Made by a program: the position numbers and the translations under genes. Positions 15,078-24,010 of a stretch of 24,010 bases of DNA are shown here, in pieces. The stretch's first letter is position 1. Every line of letters starts with the position of its first letter. The stretch is from a virus (lineage: Duplodnaviria > Caudoviricetes), in IMG/VR virus record IMGVR_UViG_3300048837_001985, positions 1 through 24,010 of that record. The stretch is one strand, 5' to 3'. The notes beneath the pieces are model-generated. The model was not told the origin of the DNA. It saw only the letters and a program-made list of their open reading frames with translations, and did no database searches.

Positions 15078-18000
15078 TCACGGGCGATCCACGTCGCCGC
15101 GCACCAGCAAGGTGAAGGAATCGCGGGTGACGGTTTCGGGGCCCTGCTGGATCGTTCGCACGACCCACACCGGGAACAGCGCGCCAATGGTGTTGAAGCG
15201 CAGCACATTGCCCGCCGCCCAGCCCGAGCCCCAGCCGAGGGCGCGCAGCGTGAAGTAGGGCTTCGCTGTCGCTGGATTGATCGGCGCCAGATCGTTGGCC
15301 GTCGTGCCGGTGGCGATGACGCCCACGTGTTCGCCGATGACCTGAAATGCCGTGGTGTTGGTGAACTGGACGGCCCAGCGTTCGGTGATGGCGCCGGCGT
15401 TCGTCACCGTGATCGGCGCCAGCACGTCGTTGAACGTGGCCGTGGCCGCATTGCCGGTGAGGGCGTCGGTGAACGCGCCGTTCCAAGTCGCCTGATCGAA
15501 CAGTGTCGACACGTAGGCGCGCAGATCGCCCGCCACCAGCGCCGAGGAAATGCGGGAACCGGTCGGATAGTCGTGCGTGATTTGTCGGGTGAACGCCAGG
15601 CGCCCGGAAATCTGCACGTCGGACACTTGCGCCATGTCCTCGATGCGGTGCTCCACCGTGACCGGCTGGGCGAGTCCCGTGACGCTCGTGAACGTCACCA
15701 GCCCTGCTTCCAGGTCGACCGAGTATCCGGCGGTGATGACCACGCCGTTGGCATCGAGCACGCGAACGCGCGAGAGGCGCACCCGGTCGCAGTCGATGAT
15801 CTGGCCGGCGCTCGCGGTGAACGGGCCGACCGTCTCGGTATGGCCGATCACCGCGAAATCGCCCATCCGAAAGATCGGCACGCGCCCGTCCTGGGGCAAG
15901 CGGACGGGATCAAGACCGATCAGATCGGCATCGAGCGGCAGGTAGGAGTACGCGACCGCGTTGTACTTGATGGTGTCGGCAAACACCGGCGCCGGTTTGA
16001 ACACCTTGGCCACGCCATCCAGCATCACGACCGCATCGGGATCGAACCAGATCTCGTCCTCGTTGCCAGCCGCGATCACCCAGGATCCGAACCGCGCGCG
16101 CACGACGCCGGTCTCGTAGTCGATGGCGCCGGTAATGCCCGCGCCAGCGATGATGCCGTGGTTGTCGGCACTGACATTGATGGTGCCGCCGGTCAGCCGC
16201 GTGGCCAGCAGTTGCAGGCTCGACGGCCGCACCGGCGAGGCCGGAATGCGGAAGGTGACTTCATCGACCGGCGTGCCATCGAGACTGGTGAGCAGCGAGC
16301 GCAACTGGATCGCCGTGGGCTGGCCGGGCACCCATGCCGTGAGATTTACTGCGCCGGTGGCGTAGTTGAGGGCGCCGGCCAGAGTCGCCGCGCCAGTGAC
16401 CGGGTTGAGATCGTAGTACAGGCTGCCCAGGCGGTCGAAGTAGGTCTTGCCGCCCAGCGTGAAACCGACGCTGCCGGGAACGATGGGTTCAGCGAAACTC
16501 GGCGTCAGATCCAGTGCCAAGCCGGTGGCGGTGAAGGTCGCGGTGACCGCATTGGACGTTCCCGCGGCGCGGTAGCGCACCTTGGCCCAGGCCGATTCGT
16601 CGATGGGCATGGCCGCGCCCGCGGTGATGTACTCCCAGTGCGAGAACACATTGCGATAGACCGGAACCAGGGTGCCGTCGGCAATGCGCGTGAGTCCGAT
16701 CTGGGTTACCAGATAGCGGGCCACGGGAATGCGCACCGTGGTGTCGGGCAGGAAGCGCAGCACGCCGGTGGCGTAGTTCACGGTGCCGTAGACAACCCCT
16801 TGCGTGTCCTTGAGGTTGCCGTTGCGGTCGTCCCTGACGATCTTGATCGGATCGACGGGTTGCACCAGTTGCAGTTCGGCCGGCGTGGTCGAGATGTAAT
16901 CGAAGGTCTCGATCAGCAGATTCCATTCCAGTTCGACCGTGCCCGGAATCAGGCCGTCGAATTCCACCTCGACGTCGATGCGACCTGTGCCATCGCGCAT
17001 CGGCGCGTGGAACTCCTCCTCGCTCGGCGGGCCCCAGGTGTAGGCGACGTTGTAGGTCTGGCCACCGGCCGGCAGCGCGGTCGGCCTGATCTGGATCAGT
17101 CCGGACTGGTAGTGGATGGTGCCGGTCGCCGCGCCGGTGATGTGTCCTGCGCCATCGTCGGTGGCGGTGCGCGGCGCGCCGTCGTTCCAGGTGATCGTCA
17201 CGGACTGCGGCGTGATGCCGCCCTGCGCCAGCTGCAACGTGACCGAGGGCGGCGCGATGGTCTGGTCGGAGCGGTTGAAGTAGTTGGCCTTGCCGCCCCA
17301 GGCGTAGACGATCTCGCTGCCGACATCGGGTAGCGCGCCCACCGTCACGGCGACCGTTCCCGAGCTGTAGTTCACGGTGCCGACGCCGTACTCCGGGCTG
17401 CTGCCCTTGAGCACGCCCGCGCTGTTGTCGCGCAGGTCGTACCATTTGCCCTGCGCGCGATAGCTCACCTGCAGGGTGCCGGGCGCAGGGCTCGGCAGAA
17501 TGGTGAGCACGTAGTTGTAGGCGCGGTTCTCGATGTCGACGCGCACGCCCGCGGTGTCGGCCACGCGGATCGGCGCAGCCGCGGGGCGGAAGGTGATGGT
17601 CTTGTTGCCGGCGTAGTTCGGCGCGCTGGTGGCCATCGCCACCTGGCCGCGCGCGTAGTTCACCGTGCCGATGACGGTCGCGCCGGACATCAGTTGGCCG
17701 CCGTTATCGATGAGTGTGGCGCCGCTGACGCTGATCGACAGCGTGCCGGGCTGGATCGCATTGCCGACCGACAGGATCGTGGCGGCGCTGAATCCGACCG
17801 AAGTTGTGTAGCTCACCGTGCCATTGGCCGATTCGACCAAGGCTTCGGACGTGCCGCCCGCGGTCAGATCGAGCAGTGGCGTTTCGGTCTGGGCCGAGGG
17901 CACCAACTGGGTGAAGATGCTGGTGACGCTGGCCGCCACGTCGCCAATCGCGATCGGTTGGGTGGTCTTGACCACGCCGCAGTACTTGGCGGCATCGGCG

Positions 18001-18683
18001 ACGACGGTGTCGCGTGTTTTGGTCTTGCCTGCCACCATCGTGAACAGGCGGTCCGGCGGGGAGCCGGGGAAGTCGAAGCGCAGCGCGTCCGACAGATCGC
18101 AGGTGACGACCACCGCCTCGTAGTCAACGATGCCACTGCCTGAGCCATAGCTGAAAGTTCGAGTTTCAGACGCGACGCGGGTGACACGGATGTACTGCGC
18201 AAACTCGTTCGCCAGTCCCTCGTTGGCGACTAGGTACAGGGTCTTGCCGATGGCCGGCAACTCGGCGCCGACACGCTGGAACAACTGGATGCTGCGCTGG
18301 CCGGTGATGTGGTTCTCCAGCAGATAGCCGTTCCACAGCGAGCCTTTGTTGAGATAGGCCTCGATGCGGTCGCGCGCATTCGTGCGGCGGTCGAAGACCT
18401 CGTCGGTGGAGAAGATCGTGACCGCGACGCGCGGATCGCTCGGCGCTTCGGCGACGATGACGTTGCCGCCCAGATACGTGTCCGTGGTGTTGGTCTGGAT
18501 GCTGGCGAACACCTTGCGCAGGTTGACCCGGCCACCGGCGCGGTCCATTTCCGAGATGTCGTTGAACAGCGAGTTGCTCGCGCCATCGACGATGACGGTC
18601 GAGGTGGGTGCGCCGCCGCCTTCGGCGACGTCGTCCATGACCTGGCTGGCGACGAGCTTCACGTCGCCTACGAGAATCGGCAT
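15078..18683 (-). CDS. Large phage tail/virion structural protein with repeated G-T-V-N-Y-x-x-G modules, 1201 aa
   Basis: Thr/Gly/Val-rich long ORF, two genes downstream of the tape measure, with six copies of an internal motif. Confidence 0.82.
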   Translation of the reverse strand: MPILVGDVKLVASQVMDDVAEGGGAPTSTVIVDGASNSLFNDISEMDRAGGRVNLRKVFASIQTNTTDTYLGGNVIVAEAPSDPRVAVTIFSTDEVFDRRTNARDRIEAYLNKGSLWNGYLLENHITGQRSIQLFQRVGAELPAIGKTLYLVANEGLANEFAQYIRVTRVASETRTFSYGSGSGIVDYEAVVVTCDLSDALRFDFPGSPPDRLFTMVAGKTKTRDTVVADAAKYCGVVKTTQPIAIGDVAASVTSIFTQLVPSAQTETPLLDLTAGGTSEALVESANGTVSYTTSVGFSAATILSVGNAIQPGTLSISVSGATLIDNGGQLMSGATVIGTVNYARGQVAMATSAPNYAGNKTITFRPAAAPIRVADTAGVRVDIENRAYNYVLTILPSPAPGTLQVSYRAQGKWYDLRDNSAGVLKGSSPEYGVGTVNYSSGTVAVTVGALPDVGSEIVYAWGGKANYFNRSDQTIAPPSVTLQLAQGGITPQSVTITWNDGAPRTATDDGAGHITGAATGTIHYQSGLIQIRPTALPAGGQTYNVAYTWGPPSEEEFHAPMRDGTGRIDVEVEFDGLIPGTVELEWNLLIETFDYISTTPAELQLVQPVDPIKIVRDDRNGNLKDTQGVVYGTVNYATGVLRFLPDTTVRIPVARYLVTQIGLTRIADGTLVPVYRNVFSHWEYITAGAAMPIDESAWAKVRYRAAGTSNAVTATFTATGLALDLTPSFAEPIVPGSVGFTLGGKTYFDRLGSLYYDLNPVTGAATLAGALNYATGAVNLTAWVPGQPTAIQLRSLLTSLDGTPVDEVTFRIPASPVRPSSLQLLATRLTGGTINVSADNHGIIAGAGITGAIDYETGVVRARFGSWVIAAGNEDEIWFDPDAVVMLDGVAKVFKPAPVFADTIKYNAVAYSYLPLDADLIGLDPVRLPQDGRVPIFRMGDFAVIGHTETVGPFTASAGQIIDCDRVRLSRVRVLDANGVVITAGYSVDLEAGLVTFTSVTGLAQPVTVEHRIEDMAQVSDVQISGRLAFTRQITHDYPTGSRISSALVAGDLRAYVSTLFDQATWNGAFTDALTGNAATATFNDVLAPITVTNAGAITERWAVQFTNTTAFQVIGEHVGVIATGTTANDLAPINPATAKPYFTLRALGWGSGWAAGNVLRFNTIGALFPVWVVRTIQQGPETVTRDSFTLLVRGDVDRP

Positions 18684-18699
18684 GTGGGTCCTATCAGGT

Positions 18700-19107
18700 T
18701 TAGAGCTGCAGGAAGCGCAGCGTCAATCGGTAGCGGTCGGCGTCGGATCGCGCCGGGAAACCCAGCACAGGTTCCGCTTCGACGCAAAGGTCGGCGTGGC
18801 GGAATGCCACTTCGAACAGGCGGTCATCGTGCAACCGCAACTCGAATCGCCCATCGTCGAGCGTCAGGGGCAATGCCGCCCACTCATGCAGCGCGGCCAC
18901 GGTGGCGCGCGTCACCCAAGCCATGTCGCTGGGGCCGACCAGCGTGATCGGCCGCCCGGCGTGCCGTGTCGCTGACTGAACCAGCAGCGCGCCGGTGATC
19001 AGATAGGTGGTGGACGCCACCGCAGGCGTCCACGCGTGCTCGTCCGCCCACAGCAGATCGTCCGGCAGCGTCAGTGTCTGGCCGGATGACAGTTGGCGCA
19101 GTTCCAT
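18700..19107 (-). CDS. Phage tail protein (distal-tail position), 135 aa
   Basis: Begins 3 nt after the tape measure stop. LPDDLLWADEHAWTP...ITGALLVQ...GRPITL. The Dit-like role is inferred from position. Confidence 0.72.
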   Translation of the reverse strand: MELRQLSSGQTLTLPDDLLWADEHAWTPAVASTTYLITGALLVQSATRHAGRPITLVGPSDMAWVTRATVAALHEWAALPLTLDDGRFELRLHDDRLFEVAFRHADLCVEAEPVLGFPARSDADRYRLTLRFLQL

Positions 19108-19110
19108 GGG

Positions 19111-22100
19111 TCAGCTTCGGGCTTGCGCTTCGCGCAGCAAATCCAGCAATCGCGACTCGTCGCGCGCGGGGATCGTCGCGCTCACAGTGCGCGCTCCGCT
19201 GGCCAGTTCGACACGAATAGTCTTGCTGGGCGGCGGCGCGTCGTCCCAGTCGAGCCGCGGTGTGCGGCGCGGCCGCAATCCCGATGCCGCCAGATCGTCG
19301 ATGTCGGTCGGCATGGTGCGCAGCGCTGTCGCGACCCGCGTCGATGCGTCCGGACTGACCAAACCCCCGCGTGCGAAGCCCTGAACTTTAGTGGCGATCT
19401 CGCGGGCCGGTGCTTTCATGGCGTTGATCGCGGCGAAGAACCCGGCACCCAGTCGTTTGACGGCCTCACGGCTGACCACGTACTCGCCGGGCGTCAGCAT
19501 CGCCGGCACGCTGTCCGACTTGGCCAGGCCGCCGCGGGCGAAGTAAATCTGTCGTTCGGTCTCGCGCTCGATGTACTCCATCAGTTGCCGCTCGAGATCC
19601 ACGCCGGCGACCTGCGCCTGCGCCATCGCCGTGCGCCAGCGTCCCTTGATGGTGTCGACCGAGCCTGACTCCAGGCTGGTCAGCTTGCGGACTCGCAGCA
19701 GTCGCTGGAGATAGTCGCGGTCGTGAAACGCCTGAATGTCGATCGGATCGGTTCTCAGGCTCTGGGTGCCGATCGGGAGCCTCCAGTTCATCCGCTCCAT
19801 GTGCGCCCGGCCTATCCTCGCGCCCTGCAGGCCAAGTTCAATCAGCTTGAGCGCCTCAGACACGTCGCGATTGACCTTATCCGTCGCAGCCACCGGTTTG
19901 GGCTTCCGAGGCGTCGGGCCCGGCGCGCCCGCGGGGCTCGCGCCTGCGGGACTCGAAGACCAAGTTCCCGTCGAACTGCCCGGCACCGATCCGCCGCTCG
20001 CAAAGCGCGCGACGCCAGCCAGCTTGCGCAGCGTCTCAGCGCCGTACTTGCGCACAGCAGCCTTGCGAATCACGAACGCGCCGGCCTCCAGCGCGCGCGG
20101 CACCGTGTCGCCATCGCCCGACCCGGGAACCACGCCCGACTTCATGCGCGAGAAGGACAATACGGAGCCGCCCTTGGCAAAGCCGCGGGGAGCCGTCATT
20201 CCGGACCCAACCAAACCACCCGCGGCATTCTGTTCGACCCGTTTCACGTAGATGGTGTGCGTCGAACTGGTGTTCACGCCGTCGAGGGACTGGATCTCGC
20301 TCCGGGCCTGGTTGGCGTTGGTGCTGATCGCATGCTGTGACTCGGTCCTGATCTGGTCGAGCGCGCGGATCTGGCTATCGACCAGACGCAACGAGGTCTG
20401 CGCCTTCTCGGTGGCGACCTTCAAATCGATCTGTCCGGTGCGATCGGCATAGGTCTGCAGCGTTTCCAGCGCCGACTTCGCGCGACTGATATCGGCGTTG
20501 ACCAGCAGCGTCTTGCCGTACTTCAGTTGCGCCTCGAGATCGCGCAGTTGTGCATGGGCCGCCTTGAGGTCGGCGTCGATGCGCACGAGGTATTCCTTCT
20601 CGCGCAGCGCTTCTTCGAGTTGGCGCAGCGCCGCGTCGAGCTTGCTGCTGTCGACATCGATGGCGAACTTCAGCCCGGTCTCCAGTTGCGCCTGAATCTG
20701 CTCGATCTGCGCTTGCGTGCCGCGCAGCGCGGCCTCGATCTGGCCACGCGCGGAAGTCGCCTCGCTGGCGGCCTTCTGATGCGCGCGACCCTCACCTTCG
20801 AGCGCCTGGATCGCCAGTTGTTCGCTCTCGCGCATCGCATCGATAGCGGTCTTCACCGCCTGCTTCTGAGTGACGACGGTCGCATCGCCATCCTTGACTA
20901 CCTTGGCGGTCTGCGCGGCCAGATCCTGGGCCTGTTTGGCGTACTGAATCGCCTGCTCGAACTCGCCCTCGGAGATCGCGGCCCGCGCTTTGCGCTGCAG
21001 TTCGGCGACCTGGGTCAACTTGTCCTGATAGGCCTGGTACTCGCCCATCGTCGAGCGCTGCAACTCGCGGATCCGGTCCTCAGTGGTCTGCGACAGCGCG
21101 CGTTTTTCCTCCTCAATGCGCCGAATCTCGGCCAGATGGCGATTGGCTTCGGCATTGAGCGCGTCGACATGGCGCACATAGTCGGCTGCCGCTTGCGCCA
21201 GCGCCTGTTGCTTGGCGGCCAGGATCTCGTTTTCCACGCGCAGGGTCGCAGCGCGGCGCGCTTCGTCGGTTTCCGCTTGGCCTTGCGCGGCGACCCGTCG
21301 CGCCTGGCCCTCTTGCTCGATCAAGCGCAGCGTCTCGGTGAGCGCTTGGGCGCGCAGATCCGACTGTTGCTGCACCGATTCCACCAACAACTGCGTCGTC
21401 TGCCTGATCAGTTGCGCTTCGGATGCGCTCGACTGCTCCAGCAAGACGTGCTTCTGCGCATAGTGCGCCTGCGTGCTGGCCAACTGCTGCTGCAGGGTCG
21501 CGTCGACGATACCGGTCAGCCCCTGATATGCCGCGGTGATGCCTGAGATCGCCTGGGTCGCCCCTTGTTGCGCCGCGGTCACCACTTGCTCGATGGCCGT
21601 AATCTGACTCTTGAGCTTGTTCAGGGTCGCATCGATGGCTTCGATGCCGCGACCGACCGCTTCTTGCGTTCCCTGCCGCACGGCTTCCAGCCGCCGTGCC
21701 ATTTCCTCGGCACTGGCGGCTGCCGTGGTCGCCGCTTGCTGCGCCGCCCGCCCAGCCTCGGACGCATCGACGTACATCTCGGCGAAGATCGCGTTCATCT
21801 GCCGAAGGCGCTCTTCGTGGCGCTGCGTGGCGGCCGCGATGGTGTCGCTGGTGAAGATCGCGGCGAAGCGTTCCCAGGAGAACTTGAGCGTCTCCAGTCC
21901 GGTTTCCAACACCTGGACCATGCCGATGCCGGCCTTGCGCACAATCTCGAACTTCTCCGACAACCAGGTGCCGATCTCCCAGCCGATCAGCGCGGCGGCC
22001 AGCACGGCAAATGCCGTTTTCAGCAAGCCTGCTGTGGCCACCGCCGCGGACAGCGACAGGTTGGCGGTGGTCCATGCCGCCGCCGTCGACGCTGCGGCCG

Positions 22101-23091
22101 TCACCGCAGCCGTGCCCGCGAGTTGCCAAGCGGTGATCAGTGCTGGGATCAGGCGGTAGATCAGCACCGCCAGGCCGATCTCGGCGATGACCTTGAGCCA
22201 ACCCATCACCGTCTCGAAGTTGCGCGCCAACCAATCGAGTGCCGTTGCCAGCTTCTGCGTGATGCCGGTCGACTCGTCGACCTTGGCGATCCACTGCGCA
22301 AACGCATTCTTGAGCCGCTCGAACGCCGTGCCGACCGTCACCGGTAGCTGCGCGTATTCGGCGGCGAGCTTCTCCTTCTGCGACATCAGCGCGTTGACGA
22401 CGACGTCTGCGGTCAGTTGTCCTTGCTCGGCCAGCTTGCGCAAACGACCAATCGGAACGTTCAAGCCATCGGCCAGGGCTTGGGCCAGCCGCGGCGAGTT
22501 CTCGACGACCGAGTTGAACTCTTCGCCGCGCAGCACGCCCGACGCCAGCGCCTGACCGAACTGCAGCAACGACGACTGCGCCTCCGACGCCGAGGCGCCG
22601 GAGATCCTGAGCGCTTGGCTGATCGACTCGGTCAGCGACAGCGCGGTCTTTTGCTCACCGCCCAGTTGACGAACGGCCTGCTGCAACTTGCCATACAGCG
22701 TCGAAACCTCGGCGAGCGGCACGCCGATGCGCTGCGCGATGGCGAAGAGTTCGCCCTGCGCGATCACGAACTCGCGCTGGCCCGCGGTCGCGAGCTTCAG
22801 GCGCGCCACCATCAGGTTCCACTGGTCGGCAACCTGCACCAGTTGCGTGACCTGCTGCGTCGCCCAGGACACGCCGACGAAGGCCAGCAACTGCGTCCGC
22901 GCACGAGTCAGCTGATCGCCCAGCGCCGCCGTTCCCGCCTTGAGCTCCGCCATCCCCTGCGCAGCCTTCGCGCCCGCGGTCTTCGCGGTCGCCGACATCT
23001 CGTTGAACGAGCGCTCGGCCGAAGAAATCGCGCGTTTGAGACCCTCATCCGCGCCCTCCAAGGCGACGAGGAGGGAGATGCGGTTGGGCAT
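19111..23091 (-). CDS. Phage tail tape measure protein, 1326 aa
   Basis: N-terminal tape-measure domain (QFGQALASGVLRGEEFNSVVENSPRLAQALADGL), central hydrophobic segments, a long Ala/Gln/Glu helical region, and C-terminal FAxGG...DSVPAMLTPGEYVV motifs. Confidence 0.95.
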   Translation of the reverse strand: MPNRISLLVALEGADEGLKRAISSAERSFNEMSATAKTAGAKAAQGMAELKAGTAALGDQLTRARTQLLAFVGVSWATQQVTQLVQVADQWNLMVARLKLATAGQREFVIAQGELFAIAQRIGVPLAEVSTLYGKLQQAVRQLGGEQKTALSLTESISQALRISGASASEAQSSLLQFGQALASGVLRGEEFNSVVENSPRLAQALADGLNVPIGRLRKLAEQGQLTADVVVNALMSQKEKLAAEYAQLPVTVGTAFERLKNAFAQWIAKVDESTGITQKLATALDWLARNFETVMGWLKVIAEIGLAVLIYRLIPALITAWQLAGTAAVTAAASTAAAWTTANLSLSAAVATAGLLKTAFAVLAAALIGWEIGTWLSEKFEIVRKAGIGMVQVLETGLETLKFSWERFAAIFTSDTIAAATQRHEERLRQMNAIFAEMYVDASEAGRAAQQAATTAAASAEEMARRLEAVRQGTQEAVGRGIEAIDATLNKLKSQITAIEQVVTAAQQGATQAISGITAAYQGLTGIVDATLQQQLASTQAHYAQKHVLLEQSSASEAQLIRQTTQLLVESVQQQSDLRAQALTETLRLIEQEGQARRVAAQGQAETDEARRAATLRVENEILAAKQQALAQAAADYVRHVDALNAEANRHLAEIRRIEEEKRALSQTTEDRIRELQRSTMGEYQAYQDKLTQVAELQRKARAAISEGEFEQAIQYAKQAQDLAAQTAKVVKDGDATVVTQKQAVKTAIDAMRESEQLAIQALEGEGRAHQKAASEATSARGQIEAALRGTQAQIEQIQAQLETGLKFAIDVDSSKLDAALRQLEEALREKEYLVRIDADLKAAHAQLRDLEAQLKYGKTLLVNADISRAKSALETLQTYADRTGQIDLKVATEKAQTSLRLVDSQIRALDQIRTESQHAISTNANQARSEIQSLDGVNTSSTHTIYVKRVEQNAAGGLVGSGMTAPRGFAKGGSVLSFSRMKSGVVPGSGDGDTVPRALEAGAFVIRKAAVRKYGAETLRKLAGVARFASGGSVPGSSTGTWSSSPAGASPAGAPGPTPRKPKPVAATDKVNRDVSEALKLIELGLQGARIGRAHMERMNWRLPIGTQSLRTDPIDIQAFHDRDYLQRLLRVRKLTSLESGSVDTIKGRWRTAMAQAQVAGVDLERQLMEYIERETERQIYFARGGLAKSDSVPAMLTPGEYVVSREAVKRLGAGFFAAINAMKAPAREIATKVQGFARGGLVSPDASTRVATALRTMPTDIDDLAASGLRPRRTPRLDWDDAPPPSKTIRVELASGARTVSATIPARDESRLLDLLREAQARS

Positions 23092-23117
23092 GGTGGACTA
23101 GTTCTTGGCTACCGATA

Positions 23118-23137
23118 AAATGGGTGCAAATGGGTGC
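23118..23137 (+). repeat. Perfect tandem 10-bp direct repeat (AAATGGGTGC x2) in the tape measure/fic divergent spacer; possible operator
   Basis: AAATGGGTGC at 23118-23127 and 23128-23137, ending 11 nt before the fic ATG. Confidence 0.6.
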
Positions 23138-23148
23138 ATTATTGGTTC

Positions 23149-24010
23149 ATGTTGCGAACCGACACCATCCAGATCACCCCGGAGATCCTGAAGCTGATAG
23201 CCAGGATCGACGAATTCAAAGGCGCCTGGCGCGCCTTGGGTACGCTCGCGCCGGATCGATTATCGGCGCTGAGGCGCGTTGCCACCATCGAGAGCATTGG
23301 CTCCTCCACCCGCATCGAAGGCAGCAAGCTCTCTGACCGGGAGGTCGAGCAGTTGCTGTCAAACCTGGAAATCAAATCCTTTGCATCCCGCGACGAGCAG
23401 GAGGTCGCCGGCTACGCCGAGCTGATGGATCTGGTGTTTTCATCTTGGCAGGACATCCCGCCCACCGAGAACCACATCAAGCAGTTGCACCAGATCCTGC
23501 TGCGCTATAGCGAAAAGGACGTTCGGCACCGCGGCCACTACAAGACCCACTCGAACAGCGTCGCTGCCTTCGACGAGAACGGCGTGCAGATCGGCATCGT
23601 GTTCCAGACGGCAACGCCTTTCGACACGCCCCGTCTGATGTCGGAACTGTCGGCCTGGCTGAACAAGGAGCGCGAAACGGCGCACCTGCATCCGCTATTG
23701 ATCATCGCCCTGTGCGTCGTCGTGTTCCTGGAGATCCACCCTTTCCAGGACGGTAACGGGCGTCTGAGTCGGGTGCTGACCACGCTCTTGCTGATGCAGG
23801 CCGGTTACGTCTATGTGCCTTACAGCTCCTTGGAAAGCGTGGTCGAGCAGAACAAGGAAGCCTACTACCTGGCCCTGCGCCAGACCCAGGGCACGATCCG
23901 GACGGAGTCGCCCAACTGGCAGCCCTGGCTGGTGTTTTTCCTGCGCTCCCTGGCCGAGCAGGTCCGGCGATTGGAGAAGAAGGTCGAACGGGAAAAGATC
24001 GTTCTGGCCG
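23149..24010 (+). CDS. Fic-domain protein (class II, N-terminal autoinhibitory motif), 3'-truncated by the window edge
   Basis: Translated by hand from ATG 23149 (MLRTDTIQITPEILKLIARIDEFKGAW...), open to the window end. Canonical HPFQDGNGRLSR at 23737-23772 and inhibitory STRIEG at 23305-23322. Absent from the ORF track because no stop is in the window. Confidence 0.93.
   Translation, partial: MLRTDTIQITPEILKLIARIDEFKGAWRALGTLAPDRLSALRRVATIESIGSSTRIEGSKLSDREVEQLLSNLEIKSFASRDEQEVAGYAELMDLVFSSWQDIPPTENHIKQLHQILLRYSEKDVRHRGHYKTHSNSVAAFDENGVQIGIVFQTATPFDTPRLMSELSAWLNKERETAHLHPLLIIALCVVVFLEIHPFQDGNGRLSRVLTTLLLMQAGYVYVPYSSLESVVEQNKEAYYLALRQTQGTIRTESPNWQPWLVFFLRSLAEQVRRLEKKVEREKIVLA

Larger units (their letters stand above)
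8720..24010 (-). mobile_element. Prophage late region (tail plus lysis module), siphovirus-like; extends beyond the right edge and may also include the left defence operon
   Basis: Co-oriented, overlapping genes in the order tape measure, tail tip, holin, endolysin, Rz/Rz1. No sheath or baseplate wedge genes were recognised. No att site or integrase is visible. Confidence 0.92.

Noticed and set aside
15072-17333. 753-aa + strand ORF, plus other long opposite-strand or alternate-frame ORFs (240-1184, 6966-7946, 11337-12263, 20527-21546, 21113-22294)
   Set aside because: They are shadows of well-supported genes in high-GC DNA, with Arg/Gly/His-rich composition and no motifs.
10316-18683. Diversity-generating retroelement or invertible tail-fibre cassette
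   Set aside because: No reverse transcriptase or invertase in the window, and I saw no template/variable repeat pair or inverted crossover sites by eye. A self dot-plot would be the definitive check.
19923-19954. Imperfect 15-bp tandem repeat in the tape measure gene
   Set aside because: It encodes the SPAGA-SPAGA linker. Two degenerate copies do not indicate a separate element.
1-24010. CRISPR array, tRNA/rRNA, IS element, contractile tail or tailocin
   Set aside because: The window is almost entirely coding with gaps under 80 bp. No repeat-spacer pattern, transposase, sheath or baseplate wedge gene was recognised.

Overview
GC-rich bacterial DNA (probably proteobacterial) with two convergent blocks. 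(1) 1-8687, + strand: a tightly packed five-gene defence-like operon. It holds a 5'-truncated Type III restriction subunit (Res), a long Type III methyltransferase (Mod) with a lower-GC target-recognition segment, an unknown 366-aa multidomain protein, a 127-aa protein with an ADP-ribosyltransferase-like R-S-H signature, and a RelE/ParE-domain-SF1 (UvrD-like) helicase fusion. (2) 8720-23091, - strand: the late region of a siphovirus-like prophage. It holds the tape measure protein, tail-tip/structural genes, a DUF6127-like protein, a holin, a SAR endolysin and Rz with a fully embedded Rz1. A divergent Fic gene (23149 to the window end, missing from the ORF track) sits just upstream of the tape measure gene. 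The best candidate for an undescribed system is the 366-aa/127-aa pair plus the RelE-helicase, nested in the Type III RM operon 32 bp from the lysis cassette. All family assignments come from motif reading by eye; no searches were run.
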